Positions 27,087 through 36,819 of a stretch of DNA of 55,741 nucleotides are shown here, in pieces. How positions within the stretch are numbered: position 1 is the stretch's first letter; the number at the start of each line of letters is the position of its first letter. A program made the position numbers and the translations under genes. The notes under the pieces were generated by a model. That model searched no databases, was not told the DNA's origin, and saw only the letters and a program-made list of their open reading frames with translations. The DNA lies in IMG/VR virus record IMGVR_UViG_3300038436_000236, positions 1 through 55,741 of that record, one strand, 5' to 3'. Origin of the DNA: a virus (Duplodnaviria; Caudoviricetes).

Positions 27087-27551
27087 ATGTCGGCTCCAAA
27101 AACAAGGAAGAAAAATATACGGGCTGTCGAGTTCAGGAGACAGTGCCTTGACCTGCGGAAACGCGGGTACACGTATCAGAAAATCGCTGAGGCATTGAAC
27201 AGCAGAAGCGGGACGGTAGAGAAGGGGATCAAAAAAGCCCTGGCTGAAATGATAGCGGAACCTGCGGCTGAAGTCCTGCTACTTGAGCTTGCGCGGCTTG
27301 ACTTGCTACTCATCCCGCAGATGTCGGCGGCGATCAGGGGGAATCAGGGGGCCTGTGACAGGGCCATAAAAATCATGGAGCGCCGGGCGAAATATCTCGG
27401 CCTTGATAAGAAGGAAGAGGCGGACGCGAACAAGCTTTCTCCTGACGATATTGTCAAGATGTTCGACGCCTTTAAGAGCTTCTTGCCTATCCCTGGCGAT
27501 GACGGGCAGGAGCTTGAAGAAGCTGACGGCCTGGAACCTGAAGAAGCCTGA
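27087..27551 (+). CDS. Terminase small subunit (HTH)
   Basis: LDLRKRGYTYQKIAEAL..ELARLD..IMERRAKYLGLD; coupled to the large subunit gene. Confidence 0.75.
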   Translation: MSAPKTRKKNIRAVEFRRQCLDLRKRGYTYQKIAEALNSRSGTVEKGIKKALAEMIAEPAAEVLLLELARLDLLLIPQMSAAIRGNQGACDRAIKIMERRAKYLGLDKKEEADANKLSPDDIVKMFDAFKSFLPIPGDDGQELEEADGLEPEEA

Positions 27552-28846
27552 TGGCGATCTGTAGGGAAATCCCGTGGGGTGAAAAAATCTTCACGCCCCG
27601 ATGGACCCGCTTGAGGTGGCATCGTCAACAGGTCGCTCTCTGGAATTCGACAAAACGCTTTATCGTGCTGCCTTGCGGTCGGCGGTCCGGTAAAACTGAA
27701 ATAGCTAAACGGCGGCTTGTCCTGTCTCTCATGGTCCCGAAGCCGTGGCCTGACCCTCGTTTTTTCGCTGCTGCCCCTACCCGCGATCAGGCGAAAAAAA
27801 TCTACTGGAATGACCTTAACCGGATGGTGCCGAAAAAGTGGGTCAAGAAGAGCTATGACACCGATCTTTGCATCGTCACAAAGTGGGGCGCGGAGCTGTG
27901 GGTTCTCGGGCTGGATAAGCCACAGCGCATTGAGGGCTCACCGTGGGACGGTGGCGTGTTGGATGAGTATGCCAACATGAAAAAACAGGCGTGGGGCGAA
28001 AACGTCCGGCCTGCGCTGTCTGATCGTACCGGGTGGTGCTGGCTGATCGGGGTGCCTGAGGGTCGGAATCACTATTTCCTGCTGTGGCAGCGTGCGGTAG
28101 CCGGGTTGGACAGGATGTGGGGCGGGTTTTCCTGGAAGTCGAAAGACATCTTGCCTGCGAGCGAAATCGCGGCGGCTCGGCGCGATCTTGACGAGCGGAC
28201 ATTCCAACAGGAATATGAGGCGGATTTCGTCACACGGGCGGGGACTGCCTATTATGCGTTTGATAGGAAAGTTCATGCGTCGAAGCGTATCTATGCGCCA
28301 CCGCCGCCGCTGAAGGAATGGAAAGAGCGAACGCTGATCAATGTCGGGATGGATTTCAACGTCGCGAAAATGTGTTCATGCTTTGCAAACTCGGAATTGC
28401 AGGTTTTCGGCGAGTTGTGCTTGAGGAATTCGAACACACCCGAAATGGCAAAAGCGGTCAATGAAAGATTTCCTTCCGGAGATTACCGGGTTGTGGTCTG
28501 GCCGGATGCGACTGGCAAGAATAGAGATTCAACGAGTTCGACGACTGATCATAAAATCCTGCGCGATATGGGATTTGAGGTCATGGCTAAAAATTCTAAC
28601 CCGCTGGTCAAGGACCGCGTGAATACGACAAACTCTGTTTTCAAAAATGCTGCTGGCGATATCTGGACACACGTAGACCCTTCATGCACTGAGCTGATAG
28701 AGGACCTTGAACTTGTTGTATGGGGAAAAAGCGGCGACCTTGACGAATCCGACAAGGAACGCACGCATATGTCTGATGGGTTTGGCTATATGGCTTGCGG
28801 GGTCAAACCGATGCTCGGCGGCGGAAGTCGCGGGGTGAAATATTAA
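27551..28846 (+). CDS. terL: Terminase large subunit
   Basis: Walker A GRRSGKT, APTRDQAK, Walker B VLDEYA, nuclease GMDFN..PDATG..HMSDGFGY. Confidence 0.95.
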   Translation: MAICREIPWGEKIFTPRWTRLRWHRQQVALWNSTKRFIVLPCGRRSGKTEIAKRRLVLSLMVPKPWPDPRFFAAAPTRDQAKKIYWNDLNRMVPKKWVKKSYDTDLCIVTKWGAELWVLGLDKPQRIEGSPWDGGVLDEYANMKKQAWGENVRPALSDRTGWCWLIGVPEGRNHYFLLWQRAVAGLDRMWGGFSWKSKDILPASEIAAARRDLDERTFQQEYEADFVTRAGTAYYAFDRKVHASKRIYAPPPPLKEWKERTLINVGMDFNVAKMCSCFANSELQVFGELCLRNSNTPEMAKAVNERFPSGDYRVVVWPDATGKNRDSTSSTTDHKILRDMGFEVMAKNSNPLVKDRVNTTNSVFKNAAGDIWTHVDPSCTELIEDLELVVWGKSGDLDESDKERTHMSDGFGYMACGVKPMLGGGSRGVKY

Positions 28847-28865
28847 ATTGCTGGGGGGTGTTATT

Positions 28866-30272
28866 ATGGCTCAGATTGAAAACCATCCGGAATATGCGGG
28901 ACGGGCGGCTGATTATATTTATTACCGGGACCACTTCGAGGGCGGGAGGAACTACGCGAATAAATCGGAAAAGTATCTGCCGAAATTTTCGCTGGAGAGC
29001 GACGAAGCTTATAAAAACCGAAAGGACAGGTCGGTTTATATCAACTATTGCGAAACGGTGATTTCTATTTACCAGGGCGCTATCTGGAAAATTGCACCGT
29101 CTCGGGTGCTGCCTGATAGCCTGGCTGGTTTCGGCAATGACGTTGACCTCATGGGCACCTCGGCCAATGATTTCTTTATGGGAGTCACGGAACAGGCCCA
29201 GGCGGTCGGAATGCATTTTGTCATGGTTGACGCTCCGGTGCGTGAGGATGATGGCATGACGGTTGGCGATGCTAAAAAGTCGCGCCTGCGACCGTATGTC
29301 GCTGGGATTCCTGCGGAGAATGTCAAGGCGTGGTCAATCGAGACTGAGGACCCGGCAAGAATCGGACAGTTTAACTTTTTGGTGATTGAGGAGACTTTCT
29401 ATTCAGGCAATGATCCGGCTGTCAAGATGGTGCATGAAACCCATGCTCGCGTCCTCTATCCGGACAAGTGGGAACTGTATAAAAAAGAGGGGACCGGATA
29501 CACGCTACTGAAAAACGGTGTGAATAAAATAGGCGAGGTCGCTGTGGTCCCGTTCTATGGACGGCGGCGCGGGCATTTCGACGGGGAAAGCGATCTGAAA
29601 GAAATTGCATCTCTGGCTCAGAAGATCGCGAATTGGGTGTCTTGGCTTGACGAAGATATGCTTTATCATGCGGTGCGACAGCTGGTCATCAAGACGAATC
29701 AGGACATCACAAAAATGGGCATCGGCTCTAATCGTGCTATTCGGTTAAACCCTGACGATGGCGAGCATGCTTTCATCCTGGAGAGCGCGGGGAGCGCGTC
29801 AAATGAGCTGTGGAGTTCGGTCGTCAAGCTGCAGGATTTGATTTTCCGGCTTGCCACGAATCAGATCGCAAGCGTCAAAGAGACGGCGCAGGTTGAATCT
29901 GCTGAAAAAAAGGAAGCGGACTATAAAGAGCTGGTCAGCCTTTTGAAAAAGAAGGCTGGCTCATTCGAGCGATCGGAGAAAAAGGTATGGGAATTGATGG
30001 CGAAGTTCGCGGGCGTCGAGGGCTCTGAAATTGACGTGTCTTACCATCGGGAATTTGAAATTACGGAGCGCACCGTTGAGGGGTGGCGGGAATTAATCGG
30101 AGCGGGGATTTTGTCCGTCATTGATTGGTATATGGCCGAAAATCCTACTGTCACGGACGCGAAAGAGGCGGAAAAGCTGCTGAAAGAAAACCTCAAGCTC
30201 CGGGCGCTGGTAAATGACAAGGTCGGCATTGGCGATATGCTGGCGGGGGCTGGCGATGGGGGCGCGGAATAA
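28866..30272 (+). CDS. Portal protein (DUF4055/SPP1-like)
   Basis: Position after terL; HPEY..YLPKF..E.DEAY..R..YINY, DVDLMG, VMVDAP, RPYV, VVPFY. Confidence 0.85.
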   Translation: MAQIENHPEYAGRAADYIYYRDHFEGGRNYANKSEKYLPKFSLESDEAYKNRKDRSVYINYCETVISIYQGAIWKIAPSRVLPDSLAGFGNDVDLMGTSANDFFMGVTEQAQAVGMHFVMVDAPVREDDGMTVGDAKKSRLRPYVAGIPAENVKAWSIETEDPARIGQFNFLVIEETFYSGNDPAVKMVHETHARVLYPDKWELYKKEGTGYTLLKNGVNKIGEVAVVPFYGRRRGHFDGESDLKEIASLAQKIANWVSWLDEDMLYHAVRQLVIKTNQDITKMGIGSNRAIRLNPDDGEHAFILESAGSASNELWSSVVKLQDLIFRLATNQIASVKETAQVESAEKKEADYKELVSLLKKKAGSFERSEKKVWELMAKFAGVEGSEIDVSYHREFEITERTVEGWRELIGAGILSVIDWYMAENPTVTDAKEAEKLLKENLKLRALVNDKVGIGDMLAGAGDGGAE

Positions 30273-30273
30273 A

Positions 30274-30543
30274 ATGTCCGAACAGTTCGAGCTAGATATT
30301 GCAAAGAAGCTGAACAAGCATCTTGATGAGCAAGACGCCCACCAGGACGTGGTTAAAGCGTGGTTCGCTGGATGGTTCGAAAAGAATCTTGATCCTGTCG
30401 CGCTGGCGAATGAGCCGGACAAGTATCTTGACGAAATGGGCGAAAAGGCGATTGCGGCTTTCCGGGTCCGGTTCCTTCCTGCTATCGAAAAGATGGGGAG
30501 TGAATTCGGGAAATCAATCTATGAAAAGGCGGTTGAAAAATGA
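30274..30543 (+). CDS. Hypothetical protein
   Basis: Tightly packed after portal; ATGA overlap with next gene. Confidence 0.65.
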   Translation: MSEQFELDIAKKLNKHLDEQDAHQDVVKAWFAGWFEKNLDPVALANEPDKYLDEMGEKAIAAFRVRFLPAIEKMGSEFGKSIYEKAVEK

Positions 30544-31397
30544 AATGTTTTTACCATTCGAGGGACCTTGACGGGCACTGCGCCGGGGCTATCGTGAAGA
30601 TGTTCAACCCGGAATGCGAGCTGATCGGAATAGACTATGATCAGCCGTTTGACATGAGTTCAATCGGTCTGCTGGAAATCATCTATATGGTCGATTTTTC
30701 TTTGCCTGTTGCGCAAATGCTCGAACTGCAGGACTTTTCAGAATTGATCTGGATTGACCACCACAAGACCGCTATGGAGGCAAAGGAGCTTGCCGGGGTA
30801 CTCGGGAAAAGGGGCGTTGATTTTTCCGGGTGTGAGCTGGCGTGGATGTATTTTGCCCCTGGAACGCCTATGCCGCCTGCCGTGTATCTGCTCGGGCGGT
30901 ATGACGTGTGGGACCATTCGGCTAACCCTGACGTGCTGCCTTTTCAGTACGGCATGAAGAAGTTCAAAAGCACTGCGCCTGAGCGGGCGGGGTGGCTGTG
31001 GCAGATGTTATTCAGCGCCGGGTGGGATGACACGATAATCAAAGAGATCTGCGAGGCTGGCCGGTATATCGAGGATTACGAGCGGTCAAAGTCTGCATTC
31101 GCTGCTGGGATTACGGCGTTCGAAACTTATTTTGCTGGTCATCGGGCTATCGCGATGAATGTGTGGCCTGCAAGCTCTATCATGTTCGCTTCTGTTTTTG
31201 ATCCGGCGCGGCACGATATCATGGTTGCGTTCGGGATCGTCCGGGGCAAGTGGTCAGTGTCGGTTTATGGCGGGAATAATGAGGTTGACGCGGGGGAGAT
31301 CGTCAAGCGATACGGGGGCGGCGGTCATAAAAGCGCTGCTGGTTTCGTCTCTGACGTGTTGCCTTTCAGTTGCGGGGTTGATGAGGTGGCTGCATGA
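30540..31397 (+). CDS. DHH/DHHA1 phosphoesterase
   Basis: YHSRDLDG, MVDFS, WIDHH, GGGGHKSAAGF. Confidence 0.92.
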   Translation: MKCFYHSRDLDGHCAGAIVKMFNPECELIGIDYDQPFDMSSIGLLEIIYMVDFSLPVAQMLELQDFSELIWIDHHKTAMEAKELAGVLGKRGVDFSGCELAWMYFAPGTPMPPAVYLLGRYDVWDHSANPDVLPFQYGMKKFKSTAPERAGWLWQMLFSAGWDDTIIKEICEAGRYIEDYERSKSAFAAGITAFETYFAGHRAIAMNVWPASSIMFASVFDPARHDIMVAFGIVRGKWSVSVYGGNNEVDAGEIVKRYGGGGHKSAAGFVSDVLPFSCGVDEVAA

Positions 31398-31582
31398 GCG
31401 ATAGCATAAAAGACCTTGGCCCGCGGCTGGATGGTTGCCGCGCTTATCCTGGCGGTAAAGTCCCGGTGACGTGGTGTAAGGAAAATCAAGGAGAATGGTG
31501 CGGGCGGTGTAAAAACAGGAGGGTTAAGAGGGGCGGCGTGCTTCAAGTGCGTGACGGTGTGGTGGGAACGGTGGCGGCATGA
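31394..31582 (+). CDS. Small Cys-containing hypothetical protein
   Basis: ATGA overlaps on both sides. Confidence 0.55.
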   Translation: MSDSIKDLGPRLDGCRAYPGGKVPVTWCKENQGEWCGRCKNRRVKRGGVLQVRDGVVGTVAA

Positions 31583-32214
31583 TCCATATGAATTTGAGGA
31601 AAGAAGGTGCTTGGCATATCAGTTTCCCGGCTGGGGGGTTGACGTTGCCTGCTTCGTTTTTCAAGTACGCGGCTGAAGTCCTGGTAAAGGATATTCAGGG
31701 CCGGATGAATCGCGGCGTTGGCGCTGATAATCAGTTGATGGTCGATAATGCGGCGAACACGCGGAGCGCGGCGGGGTATGCTGGGCAACTCGGGAAGCTT
31801 AAAAAGGCGGGGACGTATGGAGGGAAGAGCTTCGGCGAGCGAACGGGGTGGAAGCGTAAGCGGCCTTCGGTGGCTTCCGGCTGGCTGCGCGATCATATCA
31901 AAGTTGCCTCGGTCGGCGTAAATGGCGCTGTTGTCCATGTCGAGGATGCGCCTTACCCTGATAGCGAGTATGGTGCAACAACCCTGATGGCGGCAAACTT
32001 TCTGCAGGTCGGGACCAAGGCGCATGTGATCCGGCCACGCGGGCAATGGCTGCTCAGGTTCCCCACGTCCAGGGGGGTTGCTTTTGCAAAACAGGTGAAT
32101 CATCCGGGTACTGTTCCGCGTGCCTTTTTCGGGATTTCGCCTGCCTATGAGAAGCAGATGATGAAGCGGGTCGAGCAGATCATCAGCAAGATTATCGAGG
32201 ACGGTTTTAAATGA
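31579..32214 (+). CDS. Virion morphogenesis / neck protein (Mu gpG or HK97 gp10-like)
   Basis: SGWLRDHI..GTKAHVIRP..VNHPGTVPRAFFG. Confidence 0.65.
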   Translation: MIHMNLRKEGAWHISFPAGGLTLPASFFKYAAEVLVKDIQGRMNRGVGADNQLMVDNAANTRSAAGYAGQLGKLKKAGTYGGKSFGERTGWKRKRPSVASGWLRDHIKVASVGVNGAVVHVEDAPYPDSEYGATTLMAANFLQVGTKAHVIRPRGQWLLRFPTSRGVAFAKQVNHPGTVPRAFFGISPAYEKQMMKRVEQIISKIIEDGFK

Positions 32215-35200
32215 GCAATTCGAATGATGGGCTGTCAAAAGATGACCTGTATAAAAAATATAATATCGTCAAGATGGAGCTGGAGATTACCGGCGCGGAG
32301 CTGAAAAACAAAATCGGGAAAACGAAAATTTCCGTTTCCGATTATGTTTCCAGGCTGAAGGCGCAGGGGATGAGTGCGAAAGACATTCAGGCCCTGCTTA
32401 TCTCCGATTTGAAGACTGGTGGCCCGCTGTTCTCTGAGCTGCGGGCCACGTTCGTTTCCCCGTTCTCTTCTTCTGCTTCGAGGATTACCGCGACGGTTGC
32501 CAATTTTGCGGCTGCGGGCGGTGATGCGGCTCAGAAAATGGTTTGGATCGCGTCGTTCAAGAACACATGCACTTCCTGCGTTCCACGGCATGGGGTTGCA
32601 AAGTCCTATGCGGAATGGGTCAAGGTTGGGCTCCCTGGGAATTTCGGCTCGTATTGCAACGGCTATTGTCAGTGCCGGCTGTTCCCGATTGAATACCCTG
32701 GCGTTGCTGACATGAAACTGCCGAATAATCGGAAGCAGTGGAAGGCATTGATGACGGGCGGGGATAAGGGGAAATTGCCGGGTGCCCTGGCCGAGGCTGA
32801 AAGGTTGCTGGCGAAGCAGCAGAAGGTTGTCGCTGTGCGAATAGCGGCGGCGGAAAAGCATGCTGCCGACCTTGAAGAAAAGGCGAAGAAGCTGAAAGAC
32901 GATATCGAGATATCGCAGCAGGCCCTGGCGGCACAAAAAACGCTCCAGGACGCGGCGAATGATCACCTGGCTACGCTCACCTTCATTGCTGACGGAAAAA
33001 CGCCTACGCCTTCCGTGCTGATCCCTGGTAACGGCAATATACTCGGCGGCGGACGGGCTACTGTTCAGAGCTGGAAGAGGTTCAGAAAAACGGTCAAGGA
33101 CGAACCTGATTTTGTCCTGCCTGCCCATCTGGAGGGGAAAAAGGAACTTGCGTCCGGCGTGATCATCAAAGAGGCGGACGGTAGAATATGGCTCGTTGAG
33201 CCTCGGGACAATTTCGGCGGTTATAAAATGACCTATCCGAAAGGTCGGCTTGAGTCTGGCCTTACCCCTGCTCAGAACGCGGTGAAAGAGGCGTATGAAG
33301 AAACGGGGCTCAAGGTCGAGCTGACTGGATTTGTCGGAGATTACGAAAAGACGGAAACTTTCACGCGGTATTATGTCGGGCGGCGGGTCGGCGGAGATCC
33401 GGCTTTCGCCCATTGGGAGAGTAACAGGGTCCGGCTGCTCACACCTGATGAAGCGCGGAAATATCTGAATGTGCCTGTTGACCGGGAAATCCTTGACGAT
33501 TTCCTTGCTGGTGGACAGCGCAAGGAGCTTGCGGATAGGCTGCGGCTGATCCCTGGGAGCCAGAAGGGGACGAACGCGGGCGGCATGTATGTCGATTCGG
33601 TGTCTGGCGAGAAGTACTATGCAAAGTTCTACGGGGACGCGAAACAGGCGCGGTCTGAGTTTGCCGCAAACGAGATAGGCAAGGCGCTTGGCGTACAGAC
33701 CCCTGAAAGTCAGTTGCTTGAAATGGTAGGGCCTGGCGGGGAGGCGCGGCTTGCTATCGTCACGAAGTGGGAAGATGGGCTTGAACGGCTGAACTTGCGG
33801 AATAATACTTTGCTGCTGGAGAACGCGGAAGAGCTTGCAAAGCATCATCTGAATGCTGCGCTGGTGGCAAATTGGGATGTTGTCGGGTTCGAGTTTGACA
33901 ACCTGCTGCGGATGCCAAACGGCAGGATTGTTGTTGTTGATTCTGGCGGCGCATTCAGGTTCCGGGCTCAGGGCGCGGGGAAGGCGTTCGGGCGCGATCC
34001 TGCGGAGTTCGACAGCCTGCTTGATTCTGCGGTCAATCGGCAATCAGGTTCCGTTTTTTCTCCTGTCGTTGAGGGCTACACGTCAAAGCAGCCGGAAAAG
34101 CTCATCGTCTGGCTGCGTGGACTTGATGATGCTGCTATAAGGGACGTATTCGACCGGTCCGGGGTCCGCGACTGGGAGTCGATGGCGGAAATTACTGCTG
34201 CCCGGCGCGACGCTCTGATCAAAAGACTTGAGCGGTATATCGAGCGGCCCAAAGAGACGGATGCACGGGTTATCGTCAGCATCAAGGAGGCTGTTGAAAA
34301 AATCAAGGCGTCGCGGCTCAACGGGTATGCTATCCCCCTTGATGAGGATGATATCGAGGATGTGTATGTTCTCTTTTGGGAGGAGATCGGAGCGGACGGA
34401 AATAAGAAGCTGCGGGCTCGGATGAAATTGACGCCGCGCGGCGGTGAAAAGGTCGATGCTATCTTGCTTGATGAGCTTGGCGCACCGGCTGTGACTTCGG
34501 CGAGGAGGTTTTCGAAAACCGGGCCTCAGCCTTTGAGCGATGATTTCTACTATGACAAGGTCATGGCCGGGGTAAAGAATATTGCTTACCATGTAAAAGA
34601 CGGCGTCTATAACCTTGAGAAAATTGCACTCATGAAGGCGCAGGAGGTGCCGCTTAAAAAATTGATGGCAAGCGGCTCAGTGCAGCAGAAGCAAATGGCG
34701 ATGAAATATTTGTACGCGATAGATGACGCGGAAAAGGCCATGGCTGCGAAAGGGATGCCGGGGAAGCTAGAGCAGTTCCTGTATGAGGCCCCCAAGGGCA
34801 ACGTTGAATCGGTTGCGGAGAAAGTGCGCGGGGCGGCTCGGCCAAAGGTTGAACCGTTTCGGGCTGAGGGTAAAGCTGTTGATAATGGCAAGGCTGCGGT
34901 CCATGGGGACAACACCCCTTCCTACCTGTCTGATCAGCGGCTATACTCTTTCGATTTGTCCGGGGACGTGACGGCCCGCTATGTCCCGTGGGGCTACGGA
35001 GCGAACAAGTATGCCTTGCGCGGGCAGATGGATTTGTTCATTGATGGGGGCGCGACTGAAAAAAATATTCAGGACGCAATTGATGCAATCGCTGATCTTG
35101 GCATCAAGAATAAGATGGCTGATCCTGACTATATCGAGCTGGTCTATCTGCATAAGCACGCTTATCTACGCGGTGACGATCTGAAGGCGGAATACCTGGT

Positions 35201-35906
35201 GATCTGGAATAATACATCCCTGCAGACGAAAGAGAAGGTCGAGAAGATCAAGGACTATTTCGAGGCTGACGGGTTAAAAGTTCGGGGGAATCCTGCTTAT
35301 ATGCCGATGGGGGAGTATAATCATTTTGGCCAGGGGCGTATTGTGTGGCGTCGGTTCGATATCTCTCGGGAAAAAATCAAGGAAGAAATGCCGGATTTCC
35401 GTATTTATCATTCTCTGACTGGTGGCGCGTCTGTGGATAAATTGATTGATAATGTCTTGAATTCTGGTGGCGAGTTTTCCGCGACGAATGAGCGGCTCAG
35501 GCGCGGGATTAACGCTTTAGGTACAAGCTCACAAGAGGCGGATATGAGCACGGGCGGTGCTGGGTATTTTTTCACGCGTATAACAAAAAGCGCAGCCAGA
35601 AAAGGGGCGATTGAATGGGATGTGTCAGAACTTTCCCGAATTGACTCTGTCAGTTACGAAGGAGACTTTTACGGTGAGGTTAAAGACAATTCAGTAATCC
35701 GCCGAAGAAAAATAAATATATCTGGGTGGAAAGCGAATGCTGCATTCGGTTCTAACGAGACAATTTTCAAACATGGTTTGGATATCTGGCACGTTACCGC
35801 GATTAATACAAGCAGCCTTGTTGAGCGGTTGAAGGTTCTTGATGTGTTCAGGAAGCATAAGATTTCCGAAATAAACGGGAAAAAAATTGAGGATATAGTC
35901 AGATGA
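32211..35906 (+). CDS. MuF-type minor head protein fused to Nudix, kinase-like and putative ADP-ribosyltransferase domains
   Basis: MuF-like W..TCTSCVPRHG..CNGYCQC; Nudix box PKGRLESGLTPAQNAVKEAYEETGL; kinase-like GTNAGG..YYAK..EFAA..NWDVVG..DN..VDSGG; C-terminal YH..YFFTR..NETIF. Confidence 0.75.
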   Translation: MSNSNDGLSKDDLYKKYNIVKMELEITGAELKNKIGKTKISVSDYVSRLKAQGMSAKDIQALLISDLKTGGPLFSELRATFVSPFSSSASRITATVANFAAAGGDAAQKMVWIASFKNTCTSCVPRHGVAKSYAEWVKVGLPGNFGSYCNGYCQCRLFPIEYPGVADMKLPNNRKQWKALMTGGDKGKLPGALAEAERLLAKQQKVVAVRIAAAEKHAADLEEKAKKLKDDIEISQQALAAQKTLQDAANDHLATLTFIADGKTPTPSVLIPGNGNILGGGRATVQSWKRFRKTVKDEPDFVLPAHLEGKKELASGVIIKEADGRIWLVEPRDNFGGYKMTYPKGRLESGLTPAQNAVKEAYEETGLKVELTGFVGDYEKTETFTRYYVGRRVGGDPAFAHWESNRVRLLTPDEARKYLNVPVDREILDDFLAGGQRKELADRLRLIPGSQKGTNAGGMYVDSVSGEKYYAKFYGDAKQARSEFAANEIGKALGVQTPESQLLEMVGPGGEARLAIVTKWEDGLERLNLRNNTLLLENAEELAKHHLNAALVANWDVVGFEFDNLLRMPNGRIVVVDSGGAFRFRAQGAGKAFGRDPAEFDSLLDSAVNRQSGSVFSPVVEGYTSKQPEKLIVWLRGLDDAAIRDVFDRSGVRDWESMAEITAARRDALIKRLERYIERPKETDARVIVSIKEAVEKIKASRLNGYAIPLDEDDIEDVYVLFWEEIGADGNKKLRARMKLTPRGGEKVDAILLDELGAPAVTSARRFSKTGPQPLSDDFYYDKVMAGVKNIAYHVKDGVYNLEKIALMKAQEVPLKKLMASGSVQQKQMAMKYLYAIDDAEKAMAAKGMPGKLEQFLYEAPKGNVESVAEKVRGAARPKVEPFRAEGKAVDNGKAAVHGDNTPSYLSDQRLYSFDLSGDVTARYVPWGYGANKYALRGQMDLFIDGGATEKNIQDAIDAIADLGIKNKMADPDYIELVYLHKHAYLRGDDLKAEYLVIWNNTSLQTKEKVEKIKDYFEADGLKVRGNPAYMPMGEYNHFGQGRIVWRRFDISREKIKEEMPDFRIYHSLTGGASVDKLIDNVLNSGGEFSATNERLRRGINALGTSSQEADMSTGGAGYFFTRITKSAARKGAIEWDVSELSRIDSVSYEGDFYGEVKDNSVIRRRKINISGWKANAAFGSNETIFKHGLDIWHVTAINTSSLVERLKVLDVFRKHKISEINGKKIEDIVR

Positions 35907-36247
35907 TATCTGCTGAACTGAAAAATAAAATTGGCGCTCTGGTTGACAGCGGAAGTGTTTTTACGTTCCACGAAATGGATATCGCGCCGGTGGTCGGGCT
36001 CATTGATTTTGGCGATGATACAATTTATTGGTGCGACTGGTTCCCAGAAGATCAGCACCATTTCCATGTTTTGGTTGTCTATGGGGTGAGGATGATCAAC
36101 AAATGGAATTTTGAGTTGCTCACTGACAAGGGGAGGGTTTCGTTGAACGCGCTTGAACCGTATGAGGAGCGGTACAAATTGAATTGGCAACGGTGGGTTG
36201 ATTGTAGGGGCGGCTATAAAGAAGATTTGCGACGGATAACCGAATAA
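35903..36247 (+). CDS. Hypothetical protein, candidate immunity partner of the MuF protein
   Basis: ATGA-coupled to the MuF gene; 114 aa, acidic and aromatic. Confidence 0.6.
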   Translation: MISAELKNKIGALVDSGSVFTFHEMDIAPVVGLIDFGDDTIYWCDWFPEDQHHFHVLVVYGVRMINKWNFELLTDKGRVSLNALEPYEERYKLNWQRWVDCRGGYKEDLRRITE

Positions 36248-36254
36248 GGCTTGC

Positions 36255-36479
36255 TCACTCTGCCTTTTCGCCGCAGATCGCCCAGGCTATACATGCTGCC
36301 CATGCAACAAATGTCCAGCCTAATGCGATGCTCACTATCGACAGGCTTTTTATTTTTTTAACCTTCCTGGCGCGGGCTATGAATACCGGGATGAGGTATA
36401 TTAAAAGGGCGAATGCTGCTGGTATTCCCATGTGCCATAGGTTGTTTATTGCGCTCAGGAACTTCTCTAATAAAAACAT
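36255..36479 (-). CDS. Superinfection immunity membrane protein (T4 Imm-like)
   Basis: IYLIPVFIARAR..IALGWTFVAWAACIAWA matches the YFLP..A..R..LGWT..GW..AL.WA family pattern. Confidence 0.8.
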   Translation of the reverse strand: MFLLEKFLSAINNLWHMGIPAAFALLIYLIPVFIARARKVKKIKSLSIVSIALGWTFVAWAACIAWAICGEKAE

Positions 36480-36574
36480 ATTTTTTCTTCCTTGTGCGTT
36501 TTGGTGATTAAGGCATTATTATTTCATAATAACCCGTTTAACATGATATCAAACTTAATGGAATAGGTGATTTT

Positions 36575-36793
36575 ATGAGCAGAAGTATGGCTATACAAAA
36601 TAACGCTTCAACGGACGAAGCGGGAACAGATATTGCTACTCAGGGGCTTCATGCTGCGGCTGGGATAATTTCAATGACTGAGCGGTTCCTTGACGGTTTC
36701 TCCTCAACGCAGCTTGCTCGTGACGACATCGAGATTGTACAGCAGAGCTGTGTCGGAACTCGGATGTTGATTGATGAGGTTCTCAACAGGTAA
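36575..36793 (+). CDS. Small hypothetical protein, paralog of 37155..37379
   Basis: AGGTG RBS; FLD..EIVQQSC..LIDEVL; own terminator. Confidence 0.65.
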   Translation: MSRSMAIQNNASTDEAGTDIATQGLHAAAGIISMTERFLDGFSSTQLARDDIEIVQQSCVGTRMLIDEVLNR

Positions 36794-36819
36794 AAGCATC
36801 AAGTCGGAATTGCCTTTGT

